From assembly GCA_965197585.1 (NCBI GenBank), contig OZ240215.1, forward strand, positions 2,976,001-3,040,000: a stretch of DNA of 64,000 nt, given 5' to 3'. How positions within the stretch are numbered: the stretch's first letter is position 1; every line of letters starts with the position of its first letter. The stretch is from Dehalococcoidia bacterium. GTDB lineage: Bacteria > Chloroflexota > Dehalococcoidia > Plut-88900. Positions 1 through 8,882 of the stretch are shown here, piece by piece. Under the pieces are notes generated by a model that saw only the letters and a list, made by a program, of their open reading frames with translations, was not told the DNA's origin and searched no databases. The translations under genes and the position numbers were made by a program.

Positions 1-246
1 TCCCTGGAGAGAGCAGATTGCAAAGTTTGCGCCACTGTTCTGCAGGTCCTTGGCGACGAGCAGGAGCACCCGCAGTCCGGCGCTGCTGATGTAGGACAGA
101 CTCGCGAAGTCCAAGACCATCGACTTATCGCCATCCTGGACTGCGCCCTGCAAGGAAGCCTGGAACTCGGCGGCGTTATTGCCGTCGACGGACCCTTCAA
201 TTAAGGCTATCAGATTGCCGTCTTGTCTCTGGACTTCTACATTCAT
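1..246 (-). CDS. STAS-domain anti-sigma factor antagonist (runs off window edge)
   Basis: Not in the ORF track. Manual translation from ATG at 246 gives MNVEVQRQDGNLIALIEGSVDGNNAAEFQ...VLDFASLSYISSAGLRVLL, with the STAS phospho-Ser motif; GGAGG RBS upstream. Confidence 0.9.
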   Translation of the reverse strand, partial: MNVEVQRQDGNLIALIEGSVDGNNAAEFQASLQGAVQDGDKSMVLDFASLSYISSAGLRVLLLVAKDLQNSGANFAICSLQG

Positions 247-433
247 GGTCGGCCTCCCGAAAGTCTAGTGAACGCTCTTTTTCTTAGTAAAGCGCCTGCT
301 CCGGCATTTGCCCGGGAGTGATGTGGCCTCCCAAGCTCTTTGCAGTATCCGAATTGGAGGAAGGCGTGCAATGTTTCCTCACTACTCCTGTCCGTAGGTG
401 ATAGAGGATAGTAGGACAAAGGGAATTGGTCAA

Positions 434-2155
434 TCAGCGACGCCACTCGGCGATGTTCCAAAGCTCGCTGTCCCAGCCGTTGATATGCACTCCTTTTAGG
501 GTGTCGGAGTGGGCGGAGACTATGCCTCGGTTCACCATGGGAATCTCGTAGTAGGCCTGGACCTGGATGTTGTTCATGCTCTTTATCAGGGCGGTGCGGT
601 CGGGGCCGATGGGAGTGTGAGCAAGCTCTTCGACCAACTCGTCGAACTCCGGGTTGCAGGCCCGCGTGACGTTGCCACCGCCCCAGTTGTTGTCCCGGTC
701 CGGGATTTCCTCGCAGGTAAGGCCTACGAGGTACTGCTGAGGGTCGATATCCGGGCCGGAGGCGTACATCTGGACGTCGGCGAAGAAGCGGCTGTAGAGG
801 GCGTCCTTGTCGGCTACGGGATCGCCGCCGAAGTAGACGGCGGCGTCGTGGTGGAGTATTTCGGTCTCGATGCCGATCTGACTCCACCAGTCCTGGACCA
901 GGAACTGGGTTTCTTGACGGATGTCATTGGTCGAGGTCTGGAAGGTGATTTTCAGGGGAACGCCATTGTATTCGCGGACGCCGTCTCCGTCGGAGTCGAT
1001 CACGCTGTTGTCGTCGAGGAGTTGGTTTGCAGCGCCGATGTCCTGGGTGAGGCAGCCGTCGTTTGCTGTAGAGACGTAGCTCGGGGGGCTGACGATGAGG
1101 TTGCAAGTAGGCTCGCCTGCGAAGCCGTAGAGCCGCTCGGATATCAAGCCTCGGTCGATGGCGAGGGACATGGCCTGGGGGATGGGAGCGAAGGCAAAGA
1201 AAAGATGGGGATTTGTGCCGTCCAGGTACTCGGAGCGGTCTTCTCCGAGGGTGGGGTCGGGGTTGGTCTGGTTGAGGACGATGCGCTCCACGAGGCTCGA
1301 GAATGCGGAGATGACCTTGCCATTGCCAGCGGCCTCCAATGTGGCGAGGGTCTCGGGGTCTATCTGGAGGTTCCAGGCGTAGTCGGCCTCGCCGTCTTCG
1401 AGGACAGATTTGGCCGCAGCAAGGGCCTCGCCGCCGCCCTTGAGAATGATGCGGTCGAAAAAGGGCTTGTCTCCATAGTAGTGGGGGTTGCGTTCGTAGA
1501 CGGCCAGTTCGTCAGGGGTGAACTCGACGATGCGGTAGGGGCCCGGGCCTAAGGGGGCGAAGTTCTCATCATCGCAGCCCGCGGCCGCGGCGCCGAAACA
1601 ATCGGCGAACTGGGCTTGACTGAGGACCGGGACCCCGGCCCCGACGAAGGGGACGTAGGGGTAGGGGGTGGGGGCGTGGAAGGTTATCTTGACGGTCGAG
1701 TCGTCCAGGGCCTCCACGGAAGTTATGTCAGCGAATGAACTGCTGGCGGTGCAACCTGTAGCTTCGTCGGTACAGTACCGCCAGGTGAAGACCACGTCAT
1801 GGGCGGTGAGGTCGCTGCCGTCGGACCACTTGAGGTCGTCCTTTAGGTTCCAGGTGATCGAGGTTAGGTCCTGGGAGATGCCGCTGTTCTGGAGGGTGGG
1901 TATGTCCTCGGCGAGGGCCGGGACAAGGGCGCCGTCGGGGTCGTAGTAAGCCAAGGGCTGGAGGGTGATGGCACCGGCGTCTCTGTCCTTGAACCCGCCC
2001 GAAAGGTAGGGGTTGGGGGTGGAGGGGGCCTGCCAATAGAGGATGGTGAGGGTCTCTTCCCCGCCGCATCTGAAACTCAGCAAGAGCACAAGGGCGACGA
2101 CTATCCCTACACCGCCAAGAACAACGCGTCTGCGTTTAAGAACATTTTCTACCAA
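434..2155 (-). CDS. Peptide ABC transporter substrate-binding protein (family 5)
   Basis: WSDG..TAHDVVFTW and GPGPY motifs, C-terminal WNIAEW; N-terminal basic plus hydrophobic anchor; TTG at 2155 with GGAG upstream preferred to track start 2239. Confidence 0.9.
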   Translation of the reverse strand: MVENVLKRRRVVLGGVGIVVALVLLLSFRCGGEETLTILYWQAPSTPNPYLSGGFKDRDAGAITLQPLAYYDPDGALVPALAEDIPTLQNSGISQDLTSITWNLKDDLKWSDGSDLTAHDVVFTWRYCTDEATGCTASSSFADITSVEALDDSTVKITFHAPTPYPYVPFVGAGVPVLSQAQFADCFGAAAAGCDDENFAPLGPGPYRIVEFTPDELAVYERNPHYYGDKPFFDRIILKGGGEALAAAKSVLEDGEADYAWNLQIDPETLATLEAAGNGKVISAFSSLVERIVLNQTNPDPTLGEDRSEYLDGTNPHLFFAFAPIPQAMSLAIDRGLISERLYGFAGEPTCNLIVSPPSYVSTANDGCLTQDIGAANQLLDDNSVIDSDGDGVREYNGVPLKITFQTSTNDIRQETQFLVQDWWSQIGIETEILHHDAAVYFGGDPVADKDALYSRFFADVQMYASGPDIDPQQYLVGLTCEEIPDRDNNWGGGNVTRACNPEFDELVEELAHTPIGPDRTALIKSMNNIQVQAYYEIPMVNRGIVSAHSDTLKGVHINGWDSELWNIAEWRR

Positions 2156-2174
2156 TGGCTTAAAACTCCGGTGA

Positions 2175-2618
2175 TTATTGTTTGGGACTGCAGTCGAAGG
2201 CCGGGTCCCGGCGCAGGAGCCGGATGCCGGTCGAGCCAAGGAGGAGGGGGAAGGTGGTGTCTATGAAAATCCATAACAGACCTATGTCGCCGGCGGGTTC
2301 CACCCACTGCGATGAAATCCAGTTCCAGAGGAGGGCGAGAAGCAGGAAGGCAGAGAAGTAGAAGGTAACGTTGGCCTCCAGGTATTCTCGGTCAATAGCC
2401 TTGTTGGAAGAACCTGAGTCTCGACGCAGCTTCGCGGAAGCGGCCAAGAGCAGTACTATGACCACGCCGGCAACCATTAGAGGGTTGAGCACATCCCAGG
2501 CTGTGGATGCCACGCCTTCCGATTTCGGGTCGTAGAAGAGAGTGGCGATGGAATTGACGGCCACGGCCGCGGCCACGAGGAGCATGTAGACGGCGGACAG
2601 AAGTTTTATAGCGCTCAT
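2175..2618 (-). CDS. Uncharacterised 4-TM membrane protein (paralogue of 28046..28507)
   Basis: Four hydrophobic segments; GGAGG RBS; shares R.YLE.N..FY and NW motifs with the 28 kb ORF. Confidence 0.75.
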   Translation of the reverse strand: MSAIKLLSAVYMLLVAAAVAVNSIATLFYDPKSEGVASTAWDVLNPLMVAGVVIVLLLAASAKLRRDSGSSNKAIDREYLEANVTFYFSAFLLLALLWNWISSQWVEPAGDIGLLWIFIDTTFPLLLGSTGIRLLRRDPAFDCSPKQ

Positions 2619-2648
2619 AGATATTCCTCCTGTTAGCTAGCCGATATG

Positions 2649-2867
2649 TCAGGGCTTGAAGGCCAGGCACTCTCCGAAAGCCACTGCGCCCGAGGCTGCA
2701 GGGTTTGACTTCCACTCATCAAGGTCGGCGCGCCACTGGTCGAATTGTTCCTGGGTGGCGAGGCCGAACTTGATGGCTGCGCCAATGACCTGTGGCGAAA
2801 GAAACCAGCCAGTAGCGATGCCGTAGAAGAAGGCGATGTCCTTGGAGGTGTCGTCAGGCATTGTCAT
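2649..2867 (-). pseudogene. Probable C-terminal fragment of a class I SAM methyltransferase
   Basis: QFDQWRADLDEWKSNPAASGAVAFGECLAFKP resembles methyltransferase C-termini; no SAM-binding motif; abuts a divergent lower-GC nuclease gene. Confidence 0.45.
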
Positions 2868-2997
2868 TCGCTCCTAACGGGTGACTATGGCCAGAGCATA
2901 TTTTAGAACAGGGGGGTGGGGGGAGGCTATTGGGGGGTATGGTGTAGAATCGGATACTAGGCCACTTTTGACTCGGAGCCGAATGCGATTTGGGAAG

Positions 2998-4017
2998 ATG
3001 GTGATGAAAGAAAGACTAGCAACTGCGATAAAGGGCATCCGGTCCGATAAGAAAATCTCGACTTTGGATGAAAAGAGTACCAGGGCCGAAGTAATTGACC
3101 CAGTGTTGGAACGCCTAGGATGGGACAAATTTGGCGAAGACTTCGTGATTGAATATTCCGTGCCAGGCGGGGCGGTCGACTACGCTTTGCATGTCCGGAA
3201 TATGCCCAAGGTCTTCATAGAAGCAAAAAACCCAAGAGAAGATTTGCGTCGCCACGTAGACCAACTTGTCACCTACTGTGCAAAGCACGGAGTGCCATTG
3301 GCTGCACTTACGAACGGACTCAACTGGTGGTTCTACCTTCCACTGAAGGAAGGTACAGTCGAAGCGCGGCAATTCTGTCGACTGGACATATCAGTGCAGG
3401 ACATTTCAGAGATTTGTAATCGCCTAATCGAGTTCCTTGCCCGGGAGAACGTCTATTCGGGAGTTGCAGTCGAGAATGCCGAAGCCCACCTGCAACGGTT
3501 ACACGAGGCCAGGAATGTGGACAAGGCTCTGCCCCAAGCTTGGCAAGACCTCATTGCTGGACCGGATGACATGCTTGTAGAGTTGATCAACGAGAAGGTG
3601 GAATATCTGTGTGGCGTTAAAGCTGGAGCGAACCACATCAAAGAATTCTTGGTGGGCCTGAGCAGGCCGGCGCGTACGGTGAAACAGTCACCTAAATTTG
3701 AGAAGAAGGAACCGGCATACGTCGGCAGAACTGTGCGGATATCACCGCACCTGTCAGACCTTGCTTTGTCAAAACTGGACAATATCGAGGACAAGGAATT
3801 ACTGCACGCAAGACTCTCCAACATCGTTGAGCATTACGTCGACCCCAAATACGTCCGCGATCATGGCATCCGCGCCACCGTCAGGCAGCATATGACCAAT
3901 CGCGGATTCATTGAGTTTGAGATCCTGGCCGAATGGGGCGGAATCAAGTCAGACCACACCCGATTCTGCAAGATTGATATCTGCAATGCCAAACACGCAA
4001 ACAACCGACGGAAATAG
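2998..4017 (+). CDS. HsdR N-terminal-like PD-(D/E)xK nuclease protein
   Basis: E..T....IDPVLERLGW, VDYAL, IEAK, QLVTY and LTNGLNWWFY motifs; lower GC than flanks; start uncertain (2998-3004). Confidence 0.8.
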   Translation: MVMKERLATAIKGIRSDKKISTLDEKSTRAEVIDPVLERLGWDKFGEDFVIEYSVPGGAVDYALHVRNMPKVFIEAKNPREDLRRHVDQLVTYCAKHGVPLAALTNGLNWWFYLPLKEGTVEARQFCRLDISVQDISEICNRLIEFLARENVYSGVAVENAEAHLQRLHEARNVDKALPQAWQDLIAGPDDMLVELINEKVEYLCGVKAGANHIKEFLVGLSRPARTVKQSPKFEKKEPAYVGRTVRISPHLSDLALSKLDNIEDKELLHARLSNIVEHYVDPKYVRDHGIRATVRQHMTNRGFIEFEILAEWGGIKSDHTRFCKIDICNAKHANNRRK

Positions 4018-4051
4018 TCTGCCTGCTCATACCACTACAAGGTACGGAACT

Positions 4052-4234
4052 ATGGCTAATTTCCAATACCAACGCTTAGTCTCGGATGAAAGCTCTGACG
4101 AATTTCCATTGCGCCCGGGGAGTATCGACACATCGATGCTCGGGGGATTAAAGGACAAGATTCCACCCGACCATCCGCCGTTCGACATCGACAGGTTTCG
4201 GGAGGAGGGGTATGACTCAGCGCTTCGGGATTGA
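4052..4234 (+). CDS. Small protein, antitoxin-like (60 aa)
   Basis: ATG at 4052 in the frame of track ORF 3911..4234; overlaps the next gene by 23 nt. Confidence 0.4.
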   Translation: MANFQYQRLVSDESSDEFPLRPGSIDTSMLGGLKDKIPPDHPPFDIDRFREEGYDSALRD

Positions 4235-4796
4235 GGGCTCTGTCCTCACCTATGAGGACTACCGGAATACCACTGACGAGCAACGGTACGAATTGCTTGA
4301 TGGTGAGTTGGTTGTTCTCCCGACACCCAACATCGCCCATCAAGTGACTCTCGGTGACATATTCTGTGAACTCTATGACTTCCTGAAGGAGAAAAAGACG
4401 GGAGAGGCGTTTATGCGGGTGGCAGTAGTCCTCTCCGATACGAACGTAGTGGAACCCGACATCACCTTCGTATCGGCAAGCCGCATGGATATCGTAGAAA
4501 CCGATGACATCCGCGGCGCTCCCGACCTGGTCGTCGAGGTTATCTCGCCCTCCAATCCCGAGAGAGATTTGGTCAGGAAGCGGGACATTTACGCGCGGTA
4601 TGGAGTCGGAGAATATTGGATTGTGGACCCCGACGCCTGTTCGATCAGAGTGATGACGCTGGAAGGCAGCACATATAGCACAATCGGAGAGTATGAAGCC
4701 GGAGACCAATTGACCTCTCCTACTTTGAAAGGACTAGCGCTGGAGGTGGAAGACGTGTTCGCTGTGCCGGGTCGCCCTTCCGGGCAAGGGGCCTAG
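4212..4796 (+). CDS. Uma2-family endonuclease
   Basis: LTYEDY, RYELLDGEL, EPDI, GAPDLVVEVISPS and GVGEYWIVDP motifs. Confidence 0.92.
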   Translation: MTQRFGIEGSVLTYEDYRNTTDEQRYELLDGELVVLPTPNIAHQVTLGDIFCELYDFLKEKKTGEAFMRVAVVLSDTNVVEPDITFVSASRMDIVETDDIRGAPDLVVEVISPSNPERDLVRKRDIYARYGVGEYWIVDPDACSIRVMTLEGSTYSTIGEYEAGDQLTSPTLKGLALEVEDVFAVPGRPSGQGA

Positions 4797-4876
4797 GACG
4801 CTCGGGTGGCGGGGAGGGGCGGCGGGTGTATAATTCCCCCTATTGTTACGGGGACGGACAGTTAAGGAGGACTTAA

Positions 4877-6205
4877 ATGGCGAAGTCAAACGGGAAAACT
4901 TACGCAGGTGAGGATTTTGGCGACCTGAAGCAGGCGGCGATGGACCACCTGTGGATGCCCTTCAGCCAGTACAACGACCTGCTGAGCAAGGGCGGCCCGA
5001 AGATTATCGTCGAGGGCGACGGCATTCGGATGACGGACAGTGACGGGAACAGCTACATCGACGCGATCGGGGGGTTGTTCCTGGTCAACGTCGGGCACGG
5101 ACGTACGGAGATTGCGGAGGCAGTGGCCGACCAGCTTGGCGCTGTTCACTACGCCAACACCTTCGCATACCCCGCAGTCCCAACGATCAAGCTGTCGAAA
5201 AAACTGGCCGAGCTGGCCCCCGGGGACCTGGACAGGGTGTTCCTGGCCAGCGGTGGCTCTGAGGCGGTGGACACGGCGCTGAAGATTATCCGGCAGTACC
5301 ACGTGAACAACGGCGAGCCCCGACGGACCAAGTTCATCGCCCGCAGAGGCTCGTACCACGGGGTCAGCGTGGGCGCCCTGAGCATGAACAGCGCGGCCAA
5401 TGTGCGCCGGGACATCTGGGACCCGATGCTTATCGACACGAAGTTTGTTGGGGAGACGGCGGAGGACGTGGAGGAGATGATCAAGTTCGAGGGCCCCGAG
5501 ACCGTCGCCGGTTTCATCACCGAGCCGATCTCCGTGCCCAAGGGCATGAAGGTCCCCGATGACGACTACTGGCCCAAGGTCCGGGAGATCTGCGACCGGT
5601 ACGGCGTCCTGATGGTAGCCGACGAGGTGATCACGGGCTTCGGTCGGACGGGCAAGATGTTCGCCATGGAGCACTGGAACGTCACCGCCGACCTGATGAC
5701 CTTCGCCAAGGGCGTCACCAGCGGCTACCAGCCTGTCGGCGGCGTGATGGTGACCAACAAGGTCTACGACGCCTTCAAGGGTGACGCCGACAAGACGTTC
5801 ACCCACGGGTACACGTACTCGGGGCACCCGGCGGGGGCCGCAGCGGCCCTGGTCAACCTAGCGATCATCGAGGAAGAGGAACTGGTGCGGAACTCGGCGG
5901 AGACGGGGGCCTACCTGAAGGGCCAGCTGGAAACCCTTAAAGAGCACTCGATGGTGAGCGAGGTCCACGGGACCGGTCTGCTCCTGGGCATTGAGCTGCT
6001 GGAGGACAAGGCCACGGGCAAGCAGTTCGAAAAGGGCGCGCCGAAACTGAAGCAGCTGGTGCAGGAGCTGGAGGACCGGGGCATGCTGACCCGGACGGAG
6101 CCGTTCCTCTACATCGCCCCGCCCCTCACCCTGACCCGGGAAGAGGCGGACGAGATCGTGTCCATCATCGACGAGTCGTTGACGGTGGTTGAAAAAGAAG
6201 CCTAG
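4877..6205 (+). CDS. Class III PLP aminotransferase
   Basis: SGGSEAVD, YHG, EP, DEVITGFGRTG, AKGVTSGY and HGYTYSGHP motifs; AAGGAGG RBS. Confidence 0.95.
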   Translation: MAKSNGKTYAGEDFGDLKQAAMDHLWMPFSQYNDLLSKGGPKIIVEGDGIRMTDSDGNSYIDAIGGLFLVNVGHGRTEIAEAVADQLGAVHYANTFAYPAVPTIKLSKKLAELAPGDLDRVFLASGGSEAVDTALKIIRQYHVNNGEPRRTKFIARRGSYHGVSVGALSMNSAANVRRDIWDPMLIDTKFVGETAEDVEEMIKFEGPETVAGFITEPISVPKGMKVPDDDYWPKVREICDRYGVLMVADEVITGFGRTGKMFAMEHWNVTADLMTFAKGVTSGYQPVGGVMVTNKVYDAFKGDADKTFTHGYTYSGHPAGAAAALVNLAIIEEEELVRNSAETGAYLKGQLETLKEHSMVSEVHGTGLLLGIELLEDKATGKQFEKGAPKLKQLVQELEDRGMLTRTEPFLYIAPPLTLTREEADEIVSIIDESLTVVEKEA

Positions 6206-6232
6206 CCGCCAGATTACATAGACCAAGCGCAG

Positions 6233-6275
6233 AGGGGCCGGTCCTCCTGAATGGGGGGGCGGCCCCTTGTTTTTT
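6233..6275 (+). terminator. Intrinsic terminator
   Basis: AGGGGCCG...CGGCCCCT stem followed by a T-run after the aminotransferase. Confidence 0.7.
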
Positions 6276-6305
6276 GGGGCCCTCGCTGGACGTCATAGCG
6301 GGTGT

Positions 6306-7125
6306 TTTTGATTGACTCAATCAAAAGTTCGTGCCTGTATGATTGATCTGGGGAAGAAACCGGCGGTGTCGACCGGATTGAAGAGTGCGAAAGGGTGGGG
6401 GTGGGGATTCCGGCTCGGTGGAGAGGGTGTTTATTCAGTTGGGGTTTGGGGTTTTGGTTTGGTTTGGTTTGTTGGGAGGGACTGGCGATGGAAGGTCCGG
6501 GAGTGTTGGGCAGGGAGGCGGTTAGGCCTGTGCCGGTGCCTGTGGGCGTCGACTGCCTGCACAGGACAGCCCCTAGCTTCTGAGAGGATGTGGAGGGGAC
6601 CCGAGGGATTCTCGGTGTGGGGCGTCCCGACCACCAGAAGTGCTCGATCATGCGGAGGAATGGGAGCGTGACTCGAAGCCGCCGAGGGGTGCGCGTGCCT
6701 CTCCGAAGGAGTCGGCCTAGGGCACGATGGCCCCTAGCACAGCCCTGCAATAGGGCGGGATTTTTACATTTCGCTGGGATATGCGCATAGCGTTGACTCG
6801 AACGCGCCGGGTGAGTGATGCGTTGAATCGGGCTGGTCTCGCAAGCCTACATGCTGCTTAGAGTCGATGGACCTTCCATCGCGTGGTTGGTGGGGGAAGG
6901 GTGAGCCGGGGCCTTTGGTATGAGGAGGTGGCGGCTTTTGCTTGAGCCGAGGGGCGGCGTCTGGGCCGCCCTTTGGGATGGGCTTGGACGTTGAGTCCTC
7001 GGGGGCCGGGGATGTGGTTCCCCCTGGGTTGTGGTTCCTCCTTGGGTTTAGGGTGTGTGACGGGCCAGTCGAGGGTGAATATAGTACATGCGTTTTGATT
7101 TGGTCAAGGGGTTCGTGTCACATTT
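6306..7125 (-). repeat. Copy A of three-copy structured repeat (candidate large ncRNA or non-autonomous element)
   Basis: 103-nt core 6566-6668 matches 46778-46881 and 58442-58545; perfect 14-bp IR at 6485-6498/6869-6882; promoter at 7078-7107. Confidence 0.75.
7078..7121 (-). promoter_or_regulatory. Sigma70-type promoter with degenerate LexA-like box
   Basis: TTGACC-N18-TATATT; AAAC-N4-GTAC abuts the -10; GTGACAC lies 7 nt upstream of the -35. Confidence 0.6.
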
Positions 7126-7163
7126 GGCCAAGTGGGATCACCCTCACCCTAGCCCTCTCCCAT

Positions 7164-8453
7164 TGTATAGACCGGGGACATAGGTAACACATGTTCGGAG
7201 ACATGGGTTACACCATAAGGCATGGTAAATCTGATTCAGGAGGGTTTTCATGCCATGGAAGGTTGCAAGTGCCATGTCTCAACGCGAAGAGTTTATCGCC
7301 CTGGCGCAGTCCGAGGATGTGAATATGAGCGAGCTGTGTCTGCGCAGTGGGATCAGCCGCAAGACCGGCTACAAGTGGCTGAGACGATATCTCGAAGGCG
7401 GAGAGCAGAGTCTGGATGATCTCCCGAAGCGTCCCCGTCACTCCCCGAACCGCACGGGTGCCGAGATGGAGCAGCTCGTCGTAGACCTTCGTAGGGAGCA
7501 CCCTACCAAGGGAGGACACGTACTGGCCAGGATACTCAAGGATAGTGGTCACAACGGCGTGCCGTCCAAGAGCACGGTCACGGCCATCCTCAGGCGACAT
7601 CGGCTTATAGAGCCGGCGGACAGCCTCAAGCACAAGCCGTACAGGCGCTTCGAGCACCAACGGCCCAACGACCTTTGGCAAATGGACTTCAAGGGGCATA
7701 TCCCGGTAGGCAGTGGTGGACGGTGCCACCCACTGACGGTACTGGACGACCATTCGAGGTTCTCCCTGGGCGTGAGGGCTTGTGCAGACGAGAAGACTCA
7801 GACCGTCCATGACCATCTCACGTCCATCTTCCGCAGCTACGGCATGCCCAACACGATACTGGTAGACAATGGCTCCCCCTGGGGCAGCGACTTCTACCAC
7901 CCCTTCACCCCGCTCACCGTCTGGCTGGTTCAACTGGGAGTCAGGGTGGTACACAGCAGGCCATACCATCCCCAGACCCTCGGCAAGCTCGAGCGCTTCC
8001 ACAGGTCCCTCAAGACGGAACTGCTCCAGGGAAGTAAATACACCGACCTGTCCCACTGCCAGAGCAGCTTCGACAGGTGGAGAGACTTCTACAACCTCAA
8101 GCGGCCTCACCACGCCCTGGACCTCGATACCCCTGCCAGCAGATACGCCATCAGCCCTCGGCCTTTCCCGGAGGCCCTTCCAGCCGTCGAGTACGATGCC
8201 GATGACCATGTACGTTCCGTCGATGTCAACGGCCGAATATCCTTTCTGGGCAGATCACTTCCCATAGGTAAAGCCTTCAGAAACAGGCGGGTCGCTCTGA
8301 GGCCCACGGCCAACGATGGCACATGGAAGGTCTTTTTCTCTGTACAGCCCATCGCTACCATAGATATAAGTCGATAGAATGTGTTACCTATCTCCCCGAA
8401 CAACTGTTACCCATGTCCTCGGTCTAACTGTTACCCATGTCCCTGGTCGTACA
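7164..8453 (+). mobile_element. IS481-family insertion sequence
   Basis: Ends TGTATAGACCGGGGACATAGGTAACA...TGTTACCCATGTCCCTGGTCGTACA (TGT/ACA termini) with repeated subterminal GTTACCCATGT motifs. Confidence 0.92.
7250..8377 (+). CDS. IS481 DDE transposase
   Basis: MPW start, HTH ISRKTGYKWL, WQMDFKG, VLDDHSRF, DNGSPW, HPQTLGKLERFH. Confidence 0.95.
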   Translation: MPWKVASAMSQREEFIALAQSEDVNMSELCLRSGISRKTGYKWLRRYLEGGEQSLDDLPKRPRHSPNRTGAEMEQLVVDLRREHPTKGGHVLARILKDSGHNGVPSKSTVTAILRRHRLIEPADSLKHKPYRRFEHQRPNDLWQMDFKGHIPVGSGGRCHPLTVLDDHSRFSLGVRACADEKTQTVHDHLTSIFRSYGMPNTILVDNGSPWGSDFYHPFTPLTVWLVQLGVRVVHSRPYHPQTLGKLERFHRSLKTELLQGSKYTDLSHCQSSFDRWRDFYNLKRPHHALDLDTPASRYAISPRPFPEALPAVEYDADDHVRSVDVNGRISFLGRSLPIGKAFRNRRVALRPTANDGTWKVFFSVQPIATIDISR

Positions 8454-8620
8454 GTGAGGGTGATCCCACTCCTACATAGCCGTCATTCCCGTGAAAACGG
8501 GAATCCAGGGTTGGACATTCCGCTCGCCCTGAGCCGAGTCGAAGGGTCTCAAGAGCGGCAGTGGTGTGGGGCCGCCTTATCCCCTCTCCCTCGATGGGAG
8601 AGGGCTAGAGTGAGGGTGAT
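8454..8620. repeat. Cluster of REP-like palindromes
   Basis: CGTCATTCCCG..CGGGAATCCA (8481-8507), CCTGAGC..GTCGAAGG hairpin (8518-8558), CCCTCTCCC..GGGAGAGGG (8581-8604); the same types recur near 45.7-46.1 and 58.9-59.4 kb. Confidence 0.8.
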
Positions 8621-8630
8621 CTTCCCAAAT

Positions 8631-8673
8631 GTGACACGACCCGATTGACGGGCTGGTGCGCAGGTGCTAGATT
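8631..8673 (+). promoter_or_regulatory. tRNA promoter
   Basis: TTGACG-N17-TAGATT about 30 nt upstream of the tRNA; GTGACAC 7 nt before the -35. Confidence 0.6.
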
Positions 8674-8703
8674 ATTTTCCGCCCTGCCCCGACGGTAATT
8701 CTC

Positions 8704-8779
8704 GGCAACGTAGCTCAGCGGTTAGAGCGGGGTCTTCATAAGGCCTAGGTCGCTGGTTCGAACCCAGCCGTTGCCACCA
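8704..8779 (+). tRNA. tRNA-Met (CAT), probably elongator
   Basis: GGCAACG/CGTTGCC acceptor stem, TAGCTCAG D-arm, TTCATAA anticodon loop, GGTTCGAA T-loop, encoded CCA; G1:C72 paired so not initiator; Ile2 not fully excluded. Confidence 0.93.
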
Positions 8780-8882
8780 ATTCTCCTTCCAAAACAGTTA
8801 AGGCTACTATCTCGCAAGTGCACAAATGTGCTACAATTGGTCCAAACCAGAGGGAGCGATATTAGGTGCTCTAGATGTAACT

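Noticed and set aside
6485-6882. Retron a1/a2 or group II intron interpretation of the inverted repeat
   Set aside because: No reverse transcriptase in the window and no recognisable intron domain V or termini
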